A stretch of DNA of 64,000 nucleotides from Bacillota bacterium (lineage in GTDB: Bacteria > Bacillota > Clostridia > Acetivibrionales > DSM-1351), in NCBI GenBank assembly GCA_023412275.1, contig JAEYNY010000115.1, forward strand, positions 402-64,401, written 5' to 3'. Positions 48,201 through 56,571 of this stretch are shown here, in pieces. Every line of letters begins with the position of its first letter. Positions within the stretch are counted from its first letter, which is position 1. Made by a program: the position numbers and the translations under genes. Under the pieces are notes generated by a model. That model was not told the DNA's origin, made no database searches, and saw nothing but the letters and a program-made list of their open reading frames with translations.

Positions 48201-51156
48201 TGGCGTTGAGAAAGATGATTTTGTAGCAGTAATAATGGAAAGAAGTCTTGAAATGGTACAGGGGATTTACGGTATATTGAAAGCGGGCGGTGCCTATGTT
48301 CCGATTGACCCTGCATATCCGGATGACAGAATTTCTTATATTCTTGATGATTGTAAACCTAAGGTAATTCTGACGGGCGGAGATGGTATATTTACCGATT
48401 ATAGGTTTAACGATTCAGTTATAATAAATTTAGCAGACGAAAGTTTATGGGAGGCAAATAAATGTAATCCAGATAATCAAGTCACATTGGAAAATGCGAT
48501 TTATTGCATTTACACATCTGGAACAACAGGAAATCCTAAAGGTGTTGTTATTAAACACGGTGGTTTAGCAAATTTGCTTCATTCGATGCAGCACCAATAC
48601 AAATTAAGTGAAGATGATACAATTCTTTTTAAGACTCCATATGTATTTGACGTATCTGCAAGTGAAATATTCTGGTGGTGTGTTGCCGGGGCAAAACTTG
48701 TAATACTCAAGCCCGGAGAGGAAAAAGAGATACCTGAAATTATCAATACAATTCATGAAAAAAACGTTACTGTAATTGACTTTGTTCCCTCAATGTTATC
48801 GGTTTTTGTTTCGGAGCTAGAGGAAAATCAATTAAATATTAAACTTATAAATAGTGTAAAATATATTATTTCAGCAGGAGAAGAACTAAATGCTGAGTTG
48901 GTTAACAGATTTTATGAAATTTGCAATTCAAATAATATTGAAATAAGACTGGAAAATTTGTATGGCCCTACAGAGTCCAGCATCTACGCCACTCATTACA
49001 GCTGTATTCCAAACTGCAGTAGAGTACCAATAGGTAGGGCTATCTCAAATACACAGATTTATATTTTAGATGGAACGAAACAATGTGGTTTAGGTATCCC
49101 CGGTGAATTATGTATTGCTGGTTCCGGTCTGGCGAAGAGTTATTTGAACCTGCCTGAAATCACAGGGGAGAAGTTTGTCCAAAATCCCTACAGTGAAGGA
49201 ATAATATATCGTACGGGGGATTTGGCCAGATGGTTGCATGACGGTAATATCTGCTACATGGGAAGAATTGACGATCTGATAAAGATTAGAGGGTTACGTG
49301 TAGAATTAGGTGAAATAGAAACGGAAATTAGAAAAATTAACTATATTCAGGAAGCAGCAGTAGTAGCTCGTACGGATAATAGCGGCAACAAAGCGATATT
49401 TGCATATTTGGTATCCAACCAGTTGGTTAATATTCAAGATGTAAAGGAAGTATTAAGTAAAAGATTGCCGGATTATATGATACCAACATATATGTTACAA
49501 ATTGAATCAATTCCGGTAACCAAAAATGGAAAGCTTGACAAGAAAGCATTACCTGACATTACAAAACCTAGTGATGTCGGATATAAGGAACCTGAAAATG
49601 ATAAGGAAAAATTGTTGTGTTATTTATTTAGTAATGTTTTGAAAATCGAAAAAGTTGGAATAAATGATGACTTCTTTGAACTTGGAGGAGATTCCATTAA
49701 GGCAATGAAAGTAGCATCAATGCTACGGAAATTTAACTACACGGTAACCATAGCTGATATTCTTGCTGGTAAAAATGTTCGAAGTATCAGTAAAAGGATT
49801 AACATTGTGGATAGAGATATTGATATAAACGACAGTGTAGATAGTTTTTACAAAGTTAATACTATAGATGAATTGGCTGAGTATTTAGATTTGAAAAATC
49901 AGTTGCATGAGCGTAGAGTAATCAATGGTGATGTACAAAGTACTTACAGACTTACACCTGTTCAGATGAGTACAGTACATAGACAAATGCTTTGCAGCGG
50001 TACTGATTTTGTTATAAATCAACACATGGATGCGGATATGCTTAAAGCAAGCATACTTAACCTGATTAATACTCAAAGTGTATTAAGAAGTACTGCTGAA
50101 AAACAAACAGACGGTATCCTGATAAATGAGTTCGGTCAAGTTGATTTAATTGATATTCCATTTATTGATATCAGCAGTTCTAATATTGATTTTAAGAACA
50201 TGGTAACAAAATATATACAAGATACAATCTATCGGGAAAATGAAAGTATGAGATATGACAGCTTATTATATCGTATCATTGTAGTCAAATATGAAAGTGA
50301 GTTACTACGTATATTTATACCGTGCAATCATCTGATTTTTGATGCCATGAGTGGAGAAATTGCAAAAAGTAACATATTACAGGGGTATTATTCATACAGT
50401 TCAATAAATAAATCGGAAAATTCGAGCTATTCAAACTATGCCCGGAAGATTTATCAGGGCCCTATTGGAATAAGTGACAAAGAACTTGTTGATAGATTCA
50501 AACTGAGACAATTTCATGAAGTTATTTTTAATTTAGCCGAAAAGCATAAGCAATTGGATATTATTCGAACAAAGATTGATTTGGATATACCCGATAAAAT
50601 CACCAGGCTAGATGAACAAATGATATGGAATGTATCCTATAAATTATTTGGTAAGATTATATGCTTGATTTTTGATTTGGAGGTATTTCCATTTTCATTA
50701 TTAATCGTACAACGAAGATACGGGAATGAGGAGTATTATAATACCATGGGGGAATTTGTTGATATACTTCCTTTAATTGATACTTCCGAATGTCACATTT
50801 CATTTGATGATATTAAAGAAAATATTAATTTTATGAGTGAGAAAAATATTAATTTTACACTATTGTTTAGTGGATTCAAGGTTACCGATGAATTTACGGA
50901 AACATATTCCCTCTGTGGTAATTTGGTGAAAGAGATGATGCATATGCCAGCATTTAATTTCTTAGGATTATATACGGAAGAAGAAAATACTGAGGAAGAA
51001 GAATTAGATGAAGTGGCCAGTAAGGGCTCACTACTCATTAATATCGGTACTAAGAATCGTAAATTTAATATTAATACATTTTGTATCAAGGGTAAAAGAG
51101 AATGGTTGATTAAGGAGTTACAGGATTATTTAAATAATCTGGATGAGTTGAAATAA
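39262..51156 (+). CDS. hybrid NRPS-PKS: A-PCP-KS-(AT remnant)-ACP-C-A-PCP-C-A-PCP-C*
   Basis: three TSG(S/T)TGxPKG A3 motifs; carrier motifs GGNSL, GGHSL, GGHSL, GGDSI; KS TACST/HGTGT/NIGH intact; C motifs HHIIGDQ, HHIIGDG and terminal NHLIFD; no GHSxG AT, no TE; RBS AGGAGG. Confidence 0.93.
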   Translation: MKKQFKKAYLKLNENELVQDMFEYNALSSPEKIALITSKGKEFTYRELNERANQLAWKLIESGVKENDLVGIMANRDEKMIVAIFAVLKAGGAYVPIDPCYPAGRIASVIKECKLKFLIGNKTFDDFHNCFINLGLDEIDLAAGRNNPKCRGNRDTLAYVIFTSGSTGKPKGVMIKQDSLLNFIYDTKNRKLFQSKDDRTISLTTISFDIFAFETIVPLCLGLSVYLADEKEQLDVSIVSNKIVKHKITHLVSTISRLKAFVEHPDFAPALIQLKYIMGGGENYPVELMKYLQMNTNAKLYNLYGPTETTVWSTVKDITRENSITVGKPIANTQIFILNPEGKIQPRGVSGEVCIAGRGLAAGYLNNPGETNSKFIKTEELPGITLYRTGDRGRLLENGEVDLSGRLDDQVKIRGYRIEFGEIENQVLEIEQIGMAVVKDYTDSNGNKQLALFYSLKKSHEQSKCDEMYVRTCLRKKLPDYMIPTYIEMLEQMPCLISGKIDRSRLKIKKPEQQGQEFEGCDSNLATSLLAIWKDVLDSQKVSNRDNFFDIGGNSLALMEVKKRIYELLGYNVSIMQLFEYPTIEALTNMLKKNNKNNRPTKGDNPVKKENEAIAVIGLDCRFPGADCLDEFWLNLVSGIENITFFTDEELEEAGVPRNIYTQNNYVKAKGYIEDAEYFDADFFGYSYKEANRMDPQHRIFHQCVWRVLENAGYNPYEYEGRIGLFAGSSSNLQWMSRFVQNDSMDYFEMMTLNDRDFLTTRISYKLNLKGPSFNVQTACSTSLVAIHQAIESIRRGESDMAIAGGVSITYPRKSGYLWHNGMIFSKDGHCRPFTEEASGTVMGNGCGAVLLKPLEKALIDGDHIYSVIKGSAINNDGSDKIGYTAPGISGQRSVIESALAQAGVTSDQIKYVETHGTGTLLGDQVELEALRQAFQSDKAGYCAIGSVKGNIGHLEVASGVAGFIKTALMLHNRVIPPFINFSSINPHIDLIESPFYINTELKTMNEDKEVFRAGVSSFGIGGTNAHIILEEPPRYLEIEREDDLNLLLFSAKSETALMNTSKAVIDYLIEIQKLNLSDAAWTLQIGRRHFEHRKAVVVCRRDFYEKNPDNLVYHTGYNPDNSIQTVVVIVPDMQSYYKSMGKGIMDSGNDRIPKIYRIYFKEVLSYLEWGLREDFMAFIQEDKEFGSDKSKVFQRLSVFAYGYCLTKTLLEFSDMPAAFLTADIGKLSVLTALDVVPLKDAIAIILRDELSSVPGNVTSIPVFSNKVDCEENCGKCVYIALEDSIRNEYSSFYNVLAQLWCSGIELNWERLKGTGRRFRVALPGYVFDKKSFDSEAFLQDGSRKSDNIAVDSQKEPHDFTQEGIRNVLKDIWLETLGVKELNDSDDFFESGGHSLNAIMLISKVQHEIGIELTLKEMFEYSVFQKMVDSIYSNLENMRTIPVLKPDEERNYYPASFAQERIYAVNGLLGDELPYNVSSAYLLNGSLDLNRLKTAFEKLVQRHEALRTRFNIVNGEVVQIIDDQLGLDIEFIAVTEEEAEEELYKGIKKFDLEKGPLFRVKVICVSTIKYILLMDMHHIIGDQTSVDILLRDLGDLYSGRNPEPLPIQYRDFSQWQRKQAEMHSFATQLEYWKNEYMNRIPVAELFSDFQRPAIMGYAGASISYKFDKEFSEKINRFINNHKITPYMLMFSAFSMILSIYTGQTDMVIGTAVSGRRDLELKDVVGMFVNILAVRVKIDDTMTIRAFLQYIKEKLIGAYENQDCQYDQLLNELDEIRNLSRNGLYNVLINYITVDMDAVSIEGLSVIPKYLNEKYAKTDLACDIIDENGSYTAVFEYSTALYKRETIEALSQKFRYILMCLIDHEDEKIEQLTLISSEEADWLAHQLNNTSSKAPLEKTVIDIFEECVEKNGTNTAIVWNNRQISYLELNSMVNKMAEKLWERNVRHMDRVAVLLEQGLLQLVSILGILKCGAVYVPLDTENPDNRIQYILEDSCCNLLISSSKWINKVNGKVPYILEDSDYYESDGKMDLTIKFCHAPKESNGDDTIYIIYTSGTTGNPKGTLICHKGIVRLVKDCNQMSFEPTDRCLRLLNYAFDSSALEIFGALLNGASLFIGNKSEVSDISNLIKIIKDQKISILIITATLFQMIVDQDVTALKGLRKVLIGGETLSVSHIRRALEVTGSGKLINSYGPTETSVAACSYMIDSVPDNVVSIPIGKAISNTTIYLIDRFGRLVPPNAPGEIYIGGEGVASGYINNMDLTAEKFIANPYGDGLLYRSGDLARRLLDGNLEYLGRMDEQVKIRGYRIETGEIEAAIKAIDGITDAVVVVREDGDDKKIQAYYVSGNDIENDQIISGISGMLPHYMVPQYLMRLDVLPLTRNGKLDKKALPDIKIINTRLYEAPGTCMEEMVTEMFKDILGIEQIGVNDNFFELGGHSLKATKLVNRIESETGIRISVIDAIKRATVKSIAALLEKRYESEVCHEVRASIQKAEEKSTYPMSSAQKRIYFIQMMERGTVYNISQCLRIYGEVSLDKLEEALIKMTERHEILRTSFVMDEGEPVQCILQECRMDFEYIKDFETEESVLINQLIQPFDLENPPLIRARLIKRDSHHILFIDMHHIIGDGMSITTFTDEFCSFYNGWEVEYPARQYKDYSEWMITKDISKQKEYWINEFRDEVTLLDMPLDYPRPHKQSYNGATVFRKTGYILANGIKKFAKDTGSTEYMVFLATVMIVLSKYSRQEDIVVGSPISGRTHHDTEHMLGMFVNTLAMRGKPERNKKFSSFMEEIKEKCLKAYENQEYPFEELLENIDIKKDMSRNPLFDVMLVLQNNETRDYQLGEATVENVDIESKVAKFDLSFSISEGIECYDIFVNYCTDIYSKETAEGIIEHYMVVLEQVIKKNDMLLGEIEMITEAERKIISGFNNSSKPYIAENTVIQLFEEQVERTPYNIALEYGKRTLTYKELNEKANSLAWKLRDIGVEKDDFVAVIMERSLEMVQGIYGILKAGGAYVPIDPAYPDDRISYILDDCKPKVILTGGDGIFTDYRFNDSVIINLADESLWEANKCNPDNQVTLENAIYCIYTSGTTGNPKGVVIKHGGLANLLHSMQHQYKLSEDDTILFKTPYVFDVSASEIFWWCVAGAKLVILKPGEEKEIPEIINTIHEKNVTVIDFVPSMLSVFVSELEENQLNIKLINSVKYIISAGEELNAELVNRFYEICNSNNIEIRLENLYGPTESSIYATHYSCIPNCSRVPIGRAISNTQIYILDGTKQCGLGIPGELCIAGSGLAKSYLNLPEITGEKFVQNPYSEGIIYRTGDLARWLHDGNICYMGRIDDLIKIRGLRVELGEIETEIRKINYIQEAAVVARTDNSGNKAIFAYLVSNQLVNIQDVKEVLSKRLPDYMIPTYMLQIESIPVTKNGKLDKKALPDITKPSDVGYKEPENDKEKLLCYLFSNVLKIEKVGINDDFFELGGDSIKAMKVASMLRKFNYTVTIADILAGKNVRSISKRINIVDRDIDINDSVDSFYKVNTIDELAEYLDLKNQLHERRVINGDVQSTYRLTPVQMSTVHRQMLCSGTDFVINQHMDADMLKASILNLINTQSVLRSTAEKQTDGILINEFGQVDLIDIPFIDISSSNIDFKNMVTKYIQDTIYRENESMRYDSLLYRIIVVKYESELLRIFIPCNHLIFDAMSGEIAKSNILQGYYSYSSINKSENSSYSNYARKIYQGPIGISDKELVDRFKLRQFHEVIFNLAEKHKQLDIIRTKIDLDIPDKITRLDEQMIWNVSYKLFGKIICLIFDLEVFPFSLLIVQRRYGNEEYYNTMGEFVDILPLIDTSECHISFDDIKENINFMSEKNINFTLLFSGFKVTDEFTETYSLCGNLVKEMMHMPAFNFLGLYTEEENTEEEELDEVASKGSLLINIGTKNRKFNINTFCIKGKREWLIKELQDYLNNLDELK

Positions 51157-51259
51157 TATATTTATCTATAGCCCAAATTTTATAAAATTTGTTTATTTTA
51201 TCACTAATTTGCAAATAACTAAAATTAGTATTTTAGAAAATTTGATCGGTGATGATGTT

Positions 51260-52828
51260 ATGTATAAAAAAGGCTCTAAAAAGTATAAGATGAACCATCC
51301 TGAAAATAGTGTTGACCAAGCCGGTGCTTCTCCTCAAACAAAAAATTTGACAGCATCTTTGGAGGAGAACATATCACTGTTCAAAAACATATTTAAGGAT
51401 GATCAGACACTTATAACAAGGGAATTTCAGAATAAATCCGTTAAGGAAGCCAAGTGCTGTATTATTTATATATCGGGAATGGTTAATACAGAGGTTGTAA
51501 ATGAAAATATCATTCAGCCTGTTCTACGTAATAATCTGGCTGAAGATATTGATGTTAATAATCTGTTGGAAGCCCTGATGAAAAAGGTCATTGTGTCAAA
51601 CAGTGTTAAAATTGAAACGGATATCAATAAGATGGTCAGCTCTATAATCTCAGGGGATACCCTTTTTATTTTAGAGGGATATGATAAAGGCCTGATAATT
51701 GGGTCCGTGGGTTGGGAAAAAAGATCAATTTCCGAGCCTGAATCTTCAAAGGTTGTACGGGGCCCCAGAGAGGGCTTTACGGAATCGATGGCGGTAAATC
51801 TTTCGTTGATACGTAGAAAAATTCAAAATCCTGATTTGAAGTTTAAGTTCAGGGTTTTGGGAGAAAGAACCCATACATCCATCTGTATATGCTATGTGGA
51901 TGGTTTGGCACTAAAAGAAGTGTTAAATGAACTTGAACAACGACTGAATAAGATAAAAATTGACGGAATTTTAGATTCGGGTTATATTCAGGAGCTTATT
52001 AAGGATGCCCCTTATTCTCCCTTTGAGACTGTAGGGGCATTTGAGAGGCCGGATGTTGTAGCGTCCAAGCTTCTTGAGGGGCGAGTTGCTTTAATTGTTG
52101 ATGGAAGCCCCTTTGTATTAACAGTCCCATTTCTTGCAGTTGAGAATTTTCAGGCCAGTGAGGACTATTACAATAACTATATTTTCGCAAACATAAATCG
52201 TCTAATCAGGGGCTTTACTGCGGTAACTTCCACTACCATACCTGCAATATTTTTGGCCCTTGTGACATATCATCAGGAGATGCTTCCGACTCCGTTGCTG
52301 ATAAGCATTTCCTCTTCGAGACAGGGTGTTCCCTTTCCAACCTCTCTTTCACTGTTTATTATGTTATTTATTTTTGATATTTTAAGGGAAGTTGGTACAA
52401 GAATGCCCGGCCCTGTAGGACAGGCGGTAAACATTGTAGGCACTTTAGTTTTAGGCCAGGCTGCAGTTCAGGCAAAACTGGTCAGTGCCCCTGTAATTAT
52501 AATTACCGCACTTACTGGAATTACAACCTTGCTAAACATGAATATAATTGGTTCCACTATTGTATTTCGTACGTTTTATTTGATGGGAGCGTCATTCCTT
52601 GGGATATACGGATTACTCATGTGCATCATTATCATGTACCTTCACATGATGAGTATTCGCTCTTTTGGGGTTCCATACATGATGAATAGCACCCGTGTTA
52701 AAAACCATGACGGGCAGGATGCCTGGATTCGTGCGCCTTGGTGGAATATGACCCTAAGACCAAAAATCTTTTCAGCAGATTTGACAAGACAAGTTTCAAA
52801 TAAGAAAAATGGAAATCAAAATAAATGA
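51260..52828 (+). CDS. gerKA: spore germination receptor A subunit (GerA/GerKA family)
   Basis: VRGPREGFTE, ERPDVVASKLLEGRVALIVDGSP, SRQGVPFP, IVGTLVLGQAAVQA, SFGVPY. Confidence 0.93.
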   Translation: MYKKGSKKYKMNHPENSVDQAGASPQTKNLTASLEENISLFKNIFKDDQTLITREFQNKSVKEAKCCIIYISGMVNTEVVNENIIQPVLRNNLAEDIDVNNLLEALMKKVIVSNSVKIETDINKMVSSIISGDTLFILEGYDKGLIIGSVGWEKRSISEPESSKVVRGPREGFTESMAVNLSLIRRKIQNPDLKFKFRVLGERTHTSICICYVDGLALKEVLNELEQRLNKIKIDGILDSGYIQELIKDAPYSPFETVGAFERPDVVASKLLEGRVALIVDGSPFVLTVPFLAVENFQASEDYYNNYIFANINRLIRGFTAVTSTTIPAIFLALVTYHQEMLPTPLLISISSSRQGVPFPTSLSLFIMLFIFDILREVGTRMPGPVGQAVNIVGTLVLGQAAVQAKLVSAPVIIITALTGITTLLNMNIIGSTIVFRTFYLMGASFLGIYGLLMCIIIMYLHMMSIRSFGVPYMMNSTRVKNHDGQDAWIRAPWWNMTLRPKIFSADLTRQVSNKKNGNQNK

Positions 52829-53976
52829 ATAAAACTAAAAGAGCCGTTATGTCGATAATTATTTTTATAAATTTGTTATTTACTTCAGGATGTTGGAATT
52901 ACAGGGAAATAGATGACCTTGCCATTGTTGCGGGAGCAGCGATAGATAAAGGGGATGACGGACAATACACCTTAACAACCGAAGTAGTTGATGTTGATGG
53001 GAGTAATGATACAAAAATGAAATCAAAGCTGGTATCCATGCAAGGGAAAACCATACTGGATGCTATTAGAAACGGAATATCAATTACAGGAAAAAAGCTA
53101 TATTGGAGCCATTGCAAAGTAGCAATTTTAAGTAAAAAGGTTGCAGAAGAAGGAGCCACAAAGGTCCTTGATATTTTTATCCGGGATTCTGAAATAAGTA
53201 ATGATGTAAATATACTGTACTCACAGCAGGATACGGCAAGAGAAATACTTGAGGGGCAGGAAACAACCGAAAGTATAAAATCATTTGCACTTGATAAAAT
53301 ATTAAAAAATGAGACCAGACTAAGTAAAGCACCCAAAATGAATTTGCTGGATTTTAGTATAGAACTACAGACTAAAGGGACTTCAACGGTAATTCCTGCA
53401 GTACATCTTGAGGATGTAAAGGGGAGTGTGATTCCCCGTGTAGCAGGTGCTGCTATCATGGAAAATGATAAATTTGTGGGTGAACTAGGTGAGGAAGAAA
53501 CAAAAGACCTGCTTTTTGTACGGAACGAAGTGAAGGGCGGAGTTCTGGTCAGAGATAAGGAAGAGGGTTTATCGGCTCCTATTTCTTTGGAGATATTCGG
53601 AAATAAAACAAAGGTGAAGTCGGTTGTGGAAACCGGAAAACTTAAAATTAAGGTAAAAATACGTACAACTGTGGCAATTGATGAAATCGAAGGAAACGAA
53701 AACTTTCCTGATGAAGAAGCAGTAAAAAGGCTGGAAGCCAGTACTTCGGAATTAACCCAAAAAAAAATTGAAGACTTCATTAAAAAAATCCAGTCAGAGT
53801 ATGGTTCCGACATATTCAAGTTCGGCGAAAAGTTCAGGGAAAATGACCCAAAAAAATGGAAAAAGGTGTCAGATAAGTGGGAAGAGGTATTCAGAAATTC
53901 AGAGGTAGACGTTGATGCCAAGGTTCATATAAAAAACAGCGCTTCAATATACAAAACATTAAAAAAAGGTGGGTAA
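52825..53976 (+). CDS. gerKC: spore germination receptor C subunit, lipoprotein
   Basis: lipobox FTSGC followed by WNYREIDDLAIVAGAAIDK; YWSHCK; DIFKFG. Confidence 0.92.
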   Translation: MNKTKRAVMSIIIFINLLFTSGCWNYREIDDLAIVAGAAIDKGDDGQYTLTTEVVDVDGSNDTKMKSKLVSMQGKTILDAIRNGISITGKKLYWSHCKVAILSKKVAEEGATKVLDIFIRDSEISNDVNILYSQQDTAREILEGQETTESIKSFALDKILKNETRLSKAPKMNLLDFSIELQTKGTSTVIPAVHLEDVKGSVIPRVAGAAIMENDKFVGELGEEETKDLLFVRNEVKGGVLVRDKEEGLSAPISLEIFGNKTKVKSVVETGKLKIKVKIRTTVAIDEIEGNENFPDEEAVKRLEASTSELTQKKIEDFIKKIQSEYGSDIFKFGEKFRENDPKKWKKVSDKWEEVFRNSEVDVDAKVHIKNSASIYKTLKKGG

Positions 53977-54190
53977 AGGATTGATTATTTTTGTAATTAT
54001 CGGTTATACGTTTTTGGTTATTTTTAATGTTATACCGTTGTATAAAAAGAAATTATGGACTGACTTTTGGGTAAACAGCATTTTGAGTGTATTCTCATTG
54101 ACTATAGCCGTTTTATTATCATTTAATGTTAAAATACCCAGTCCTGCCGGGCCTATACAGCATCTAATTACATTAATATTAGGAAAGTAG
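53969..54190 (+). CDS. small 2-TM membrane protein in ger operon (D-subunit-like)
   Basis: two hydrophobic helices, C-terminal IPSP; overlaps the gerKC stop. Confidence 0.75.
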   Translation: MGKGLIIFVIIGYTFLVIFNVIPLYKKKLWTDFWVNSILSVFSLTIAVLLSFNVKIPSPAGPIQHLITLILGK

Positions 54191-54197
54191 GATTAGA

Positions 54198-55292
54198 ATG
54201 GGAAAAGAGCAAATATCAGACAAAGAAGCAATAATTTTAATAATAATGTTTATAATCGGTACTACGATGATTGTAGGTACAGGGGGGGATGCTAAGAATG
54301 ATGCATGGATTGCAGGTATACTTGCCGCATTTTCATTTATTCCGCTGTTCCTGATATTTTCAAGATTGCTGTCGCTTTTTCCGGGAAAAGATATATTTGA
54401 TATTTTTAGTATGGTATTTGGAAAAGTACCGGGTAAAATTTTATCTGCCATATATATATGGTATTCCTTTCACCTGGGAGCACTTGTTCTGAGGAATTTT
54501 GGGGAGTTCATCAATGTAGTAGCTTTGTCCGAAACCCCTATGTTTATTCCCTTGCTATGTCTGGGACTGGTGTGCATATTTGCTGCTTACTTGGGGATTG
54601 AGGTATTAAGCAGAACTACGGCTATTTTTGTACCGCTAATTATTTTTATTGTATTTGTTGTTCTGATATTGGGAATACCCCAGCTCCGACTAAATTACAT
54701 TCAACCGATACTTGGGAATGGTTTAACCCCGGTGTTAAAAGGTACATTCTCAACTTTTTCCTTTCCTATGGCTGAGACTGTGGTTTTTCTGTGTGTTTTT
54801 ACATCTCTTCAAACAAAAAAGTCACCTAAAAGGGTGTACATATGGGGCACCTTAATAGCAGCCAGCATGATTATCATAATCACAATAAGGAATATCGCAG
54901 TACTAGGGAATCTGGTGGGCAACTTCTATTTTCCGTCTTATGTAGCTGCCAGTAGAATTAGGATTGGTAACTTTATACAAGGTGTGGAAGTAACCGTATC
55001 CTTTGTATTTATATTTGCTGTTTTTGCAAAATGTGCGGTTTGTCTATTAGGAGCTTGTAAAGGGATAGCTAAAGTATTCAATTTAAAAGATTATAGGTCA
55101 ATTGTAGTTCAAACCGGATTGCTTATGATTTATTTCTCGTATACTGTTTATCATACTATAATAGAAATGAATTACTGGGCCTTTGAAATCTATCCTTACT
55201 ATGCATTCCCAATGCAGGTGATAATACCGGTTATTACTTGGATTATTGCAGAGATAAAGAAATCGAGAAACCTCTTGAATATAGGAAAATAG
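54198..55292 (+). CDS. gerKB: spore germination receptor B subunit (APC-like)
   Basis: DAWIAG, LSETP, GIEVLSR, QPILGNG, FPMAETVVF, about 10 TM. Confidence 0.9.
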   Translation: MGKEQISDKEAIILIIMFIIGTTMIVGTGGDAKNDAWIAGILAAFSFIPLFLIFSRLLSLFPGKDIFDIFSMVFGKVPGKILSAIYIWYSFHLGALVLRNFGEFINVVALSETPMFIPLLCLGLVCIFAAYLGIEVLSRTTAIFVPLIIFIVFVVLILGIPQLRLNYIQPILGNGLTPVLKGTFSTFSFPMAETVVFLCVFTSLQTKKSPKRVYIWGTLIAASMIIIITIRNIAVLGNLVGNFYFPSYVAASRIRIGNFIQGVEVTVSFVFIFAVFAKCAVCLLGACKGIAKVFNLKDYRSIVVQTGLLMIYFSYTVYHTIIEMNYWAFEIYPYYAFPMQVIIPVITWIIAEIKKSRNLLNIGK

Positions 55293-55364
55293 TTAATAAA
55301 TAAACATGATTTTAAGATATAATATACCTTGAATCTAAAATTTAACCTATTGAGAGGTACACAA

Positions 55365-56522
55365 GTGAAAAAAATAACAATCCCTTTATTATGTGGTCAA
55401 TTATGTCTGATTGCCATGATACTGTCCTCTTCAGGACTTGCTATGCCCAGATTGGCTGAAGAGCTAGGTTTTACGTCAGTACAGCAGGGCAGTATGGTTA
55501 GCGTTCAGTTCTTGGGATTTACACTGGGAGTTTTGATTGGAGGAACTCTTGTGGACAGCTATGGAGGATTAAAGACATTAAGAGCTGCTTTTGCCGGGTT
55601 GGGAGCAGCAACCTTGATATTCGGTTTATCAAAGTATTATATTATAATTATGACAGGGATATTTTTTATAGGATTTTTCGGAAGTATTTGTCAGAACGCA
55701 ATTGTATCTCTCACAACAGCATATGATACAAAGAAGGCAGACTCTAACATAGCATTTATCAATGTTTTTTTTACCGTAGGAGCTATAATAACTCCTCTCC
55801 TGCTTCTGATGTTCACGGTCTTTCTCGGAATGTGGAGAATTACATATTATATTATCGGCATATTATTTTTAGGTATGGCATTATATACTGTAAAATACAA
55901 AGGTCAGTCAGAGGTAAATACAGTTTCTCTGAAGAATACATTAAAGCAGTACAGGGCTGTGTTTACAAGACCTTTAAATTTGATAGCTCCTCTGACGCTA
56001 TTTTTATATGTTACAGCAGAAACCGGACTTTGGGGTTTTGCACCAATGTTTTTTGAAAGCCGTGGTTATGGAAAGATTTCTGGAATTGCGGCAAGTATTT
56101 TCATATGGGTTGCTATGTTTGCAGGGAGAACTCTTTCTGTAAAGCTAATCAAGAGGTTTGATATGGTCAGGATATTGCTAGTACACGGAATATTGGCAAT
56201 ACTTTCGTTGGTTATGGTTATTTACTCAAATCAGGGTATGGCAATAATCTGGATAGCACTTGCCGGTTTTGCATGTTCGCCTTTTTATCCTTTGCTTACA
56301 AATTGGATTACAAGGCTTACCGGGGATAAAAGCAGTACTATGCTGGCTTTTAATATGGGAGCTGGGGCACTGGGGCCTGTGGTAATGGGTGTTTTTACCG
56401 GAATGGTAGTACACAGCTATGGAAGCAGTTATACCACTGTTGTACCTTCCTTTGCAATGTTGATGGCAGTTATAATACTTTTTATATTCAGAAATCGAAA
56501 ATCAGAAGCATATATTGACTAA
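55365..56522 (+). CDS. MFS transporter (about 12 TM)
   Basis: GGTLVDSYGGL motif-A-like loop, GRTLS...KRFD in second half; RBS GAGAGG before GTG. Confidence 0.85.
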   Translation: MKKITIPLLCGQLCLIAMILSSSGLAMPRLAEELGFTSVQQGSMVSVQFLGFTLGVLIGGTLVDSYGGLKTLRAAFAGLGAATLIFGLSKYYIIIMTGIFFIGFFGSICQNAIVSLTTAYDTKKADSNIAFINVFFTVGAIITPLLLLMFTVFLGMWRITYYIIGILFLGMALYTVKYKGQSEVNTVSLKNTLKQYRAVFTRPLNLIAPLTLFLYVTAETGLWGFAPMFFESRGYGKISGIAASIFIWVAMFAGRTLSVKLIKRFDMVRILLVHGILAILSLVMVIYSNQGMAIIWIALAGFACSPFYPLLTNWITRLTGDKSSTMLAFNMGAGALGPVVMGVFTGMVVHSYGSSYTTVVPSFAMLMAVIILFIFRNRKSEAYID

Positions 56523-56571
56523 ATTTAGACACAATGCTACTATTTGGATATAAAAACCTAGGAGGTTGGAT

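Noticed and set aside
52899..53921. 340-aa minus-strand ORF
   Set aside because: Lies wholly antisense to gerKC, is Ser/Phe-rich as expected for a shadow frame, and has no recognisable motif
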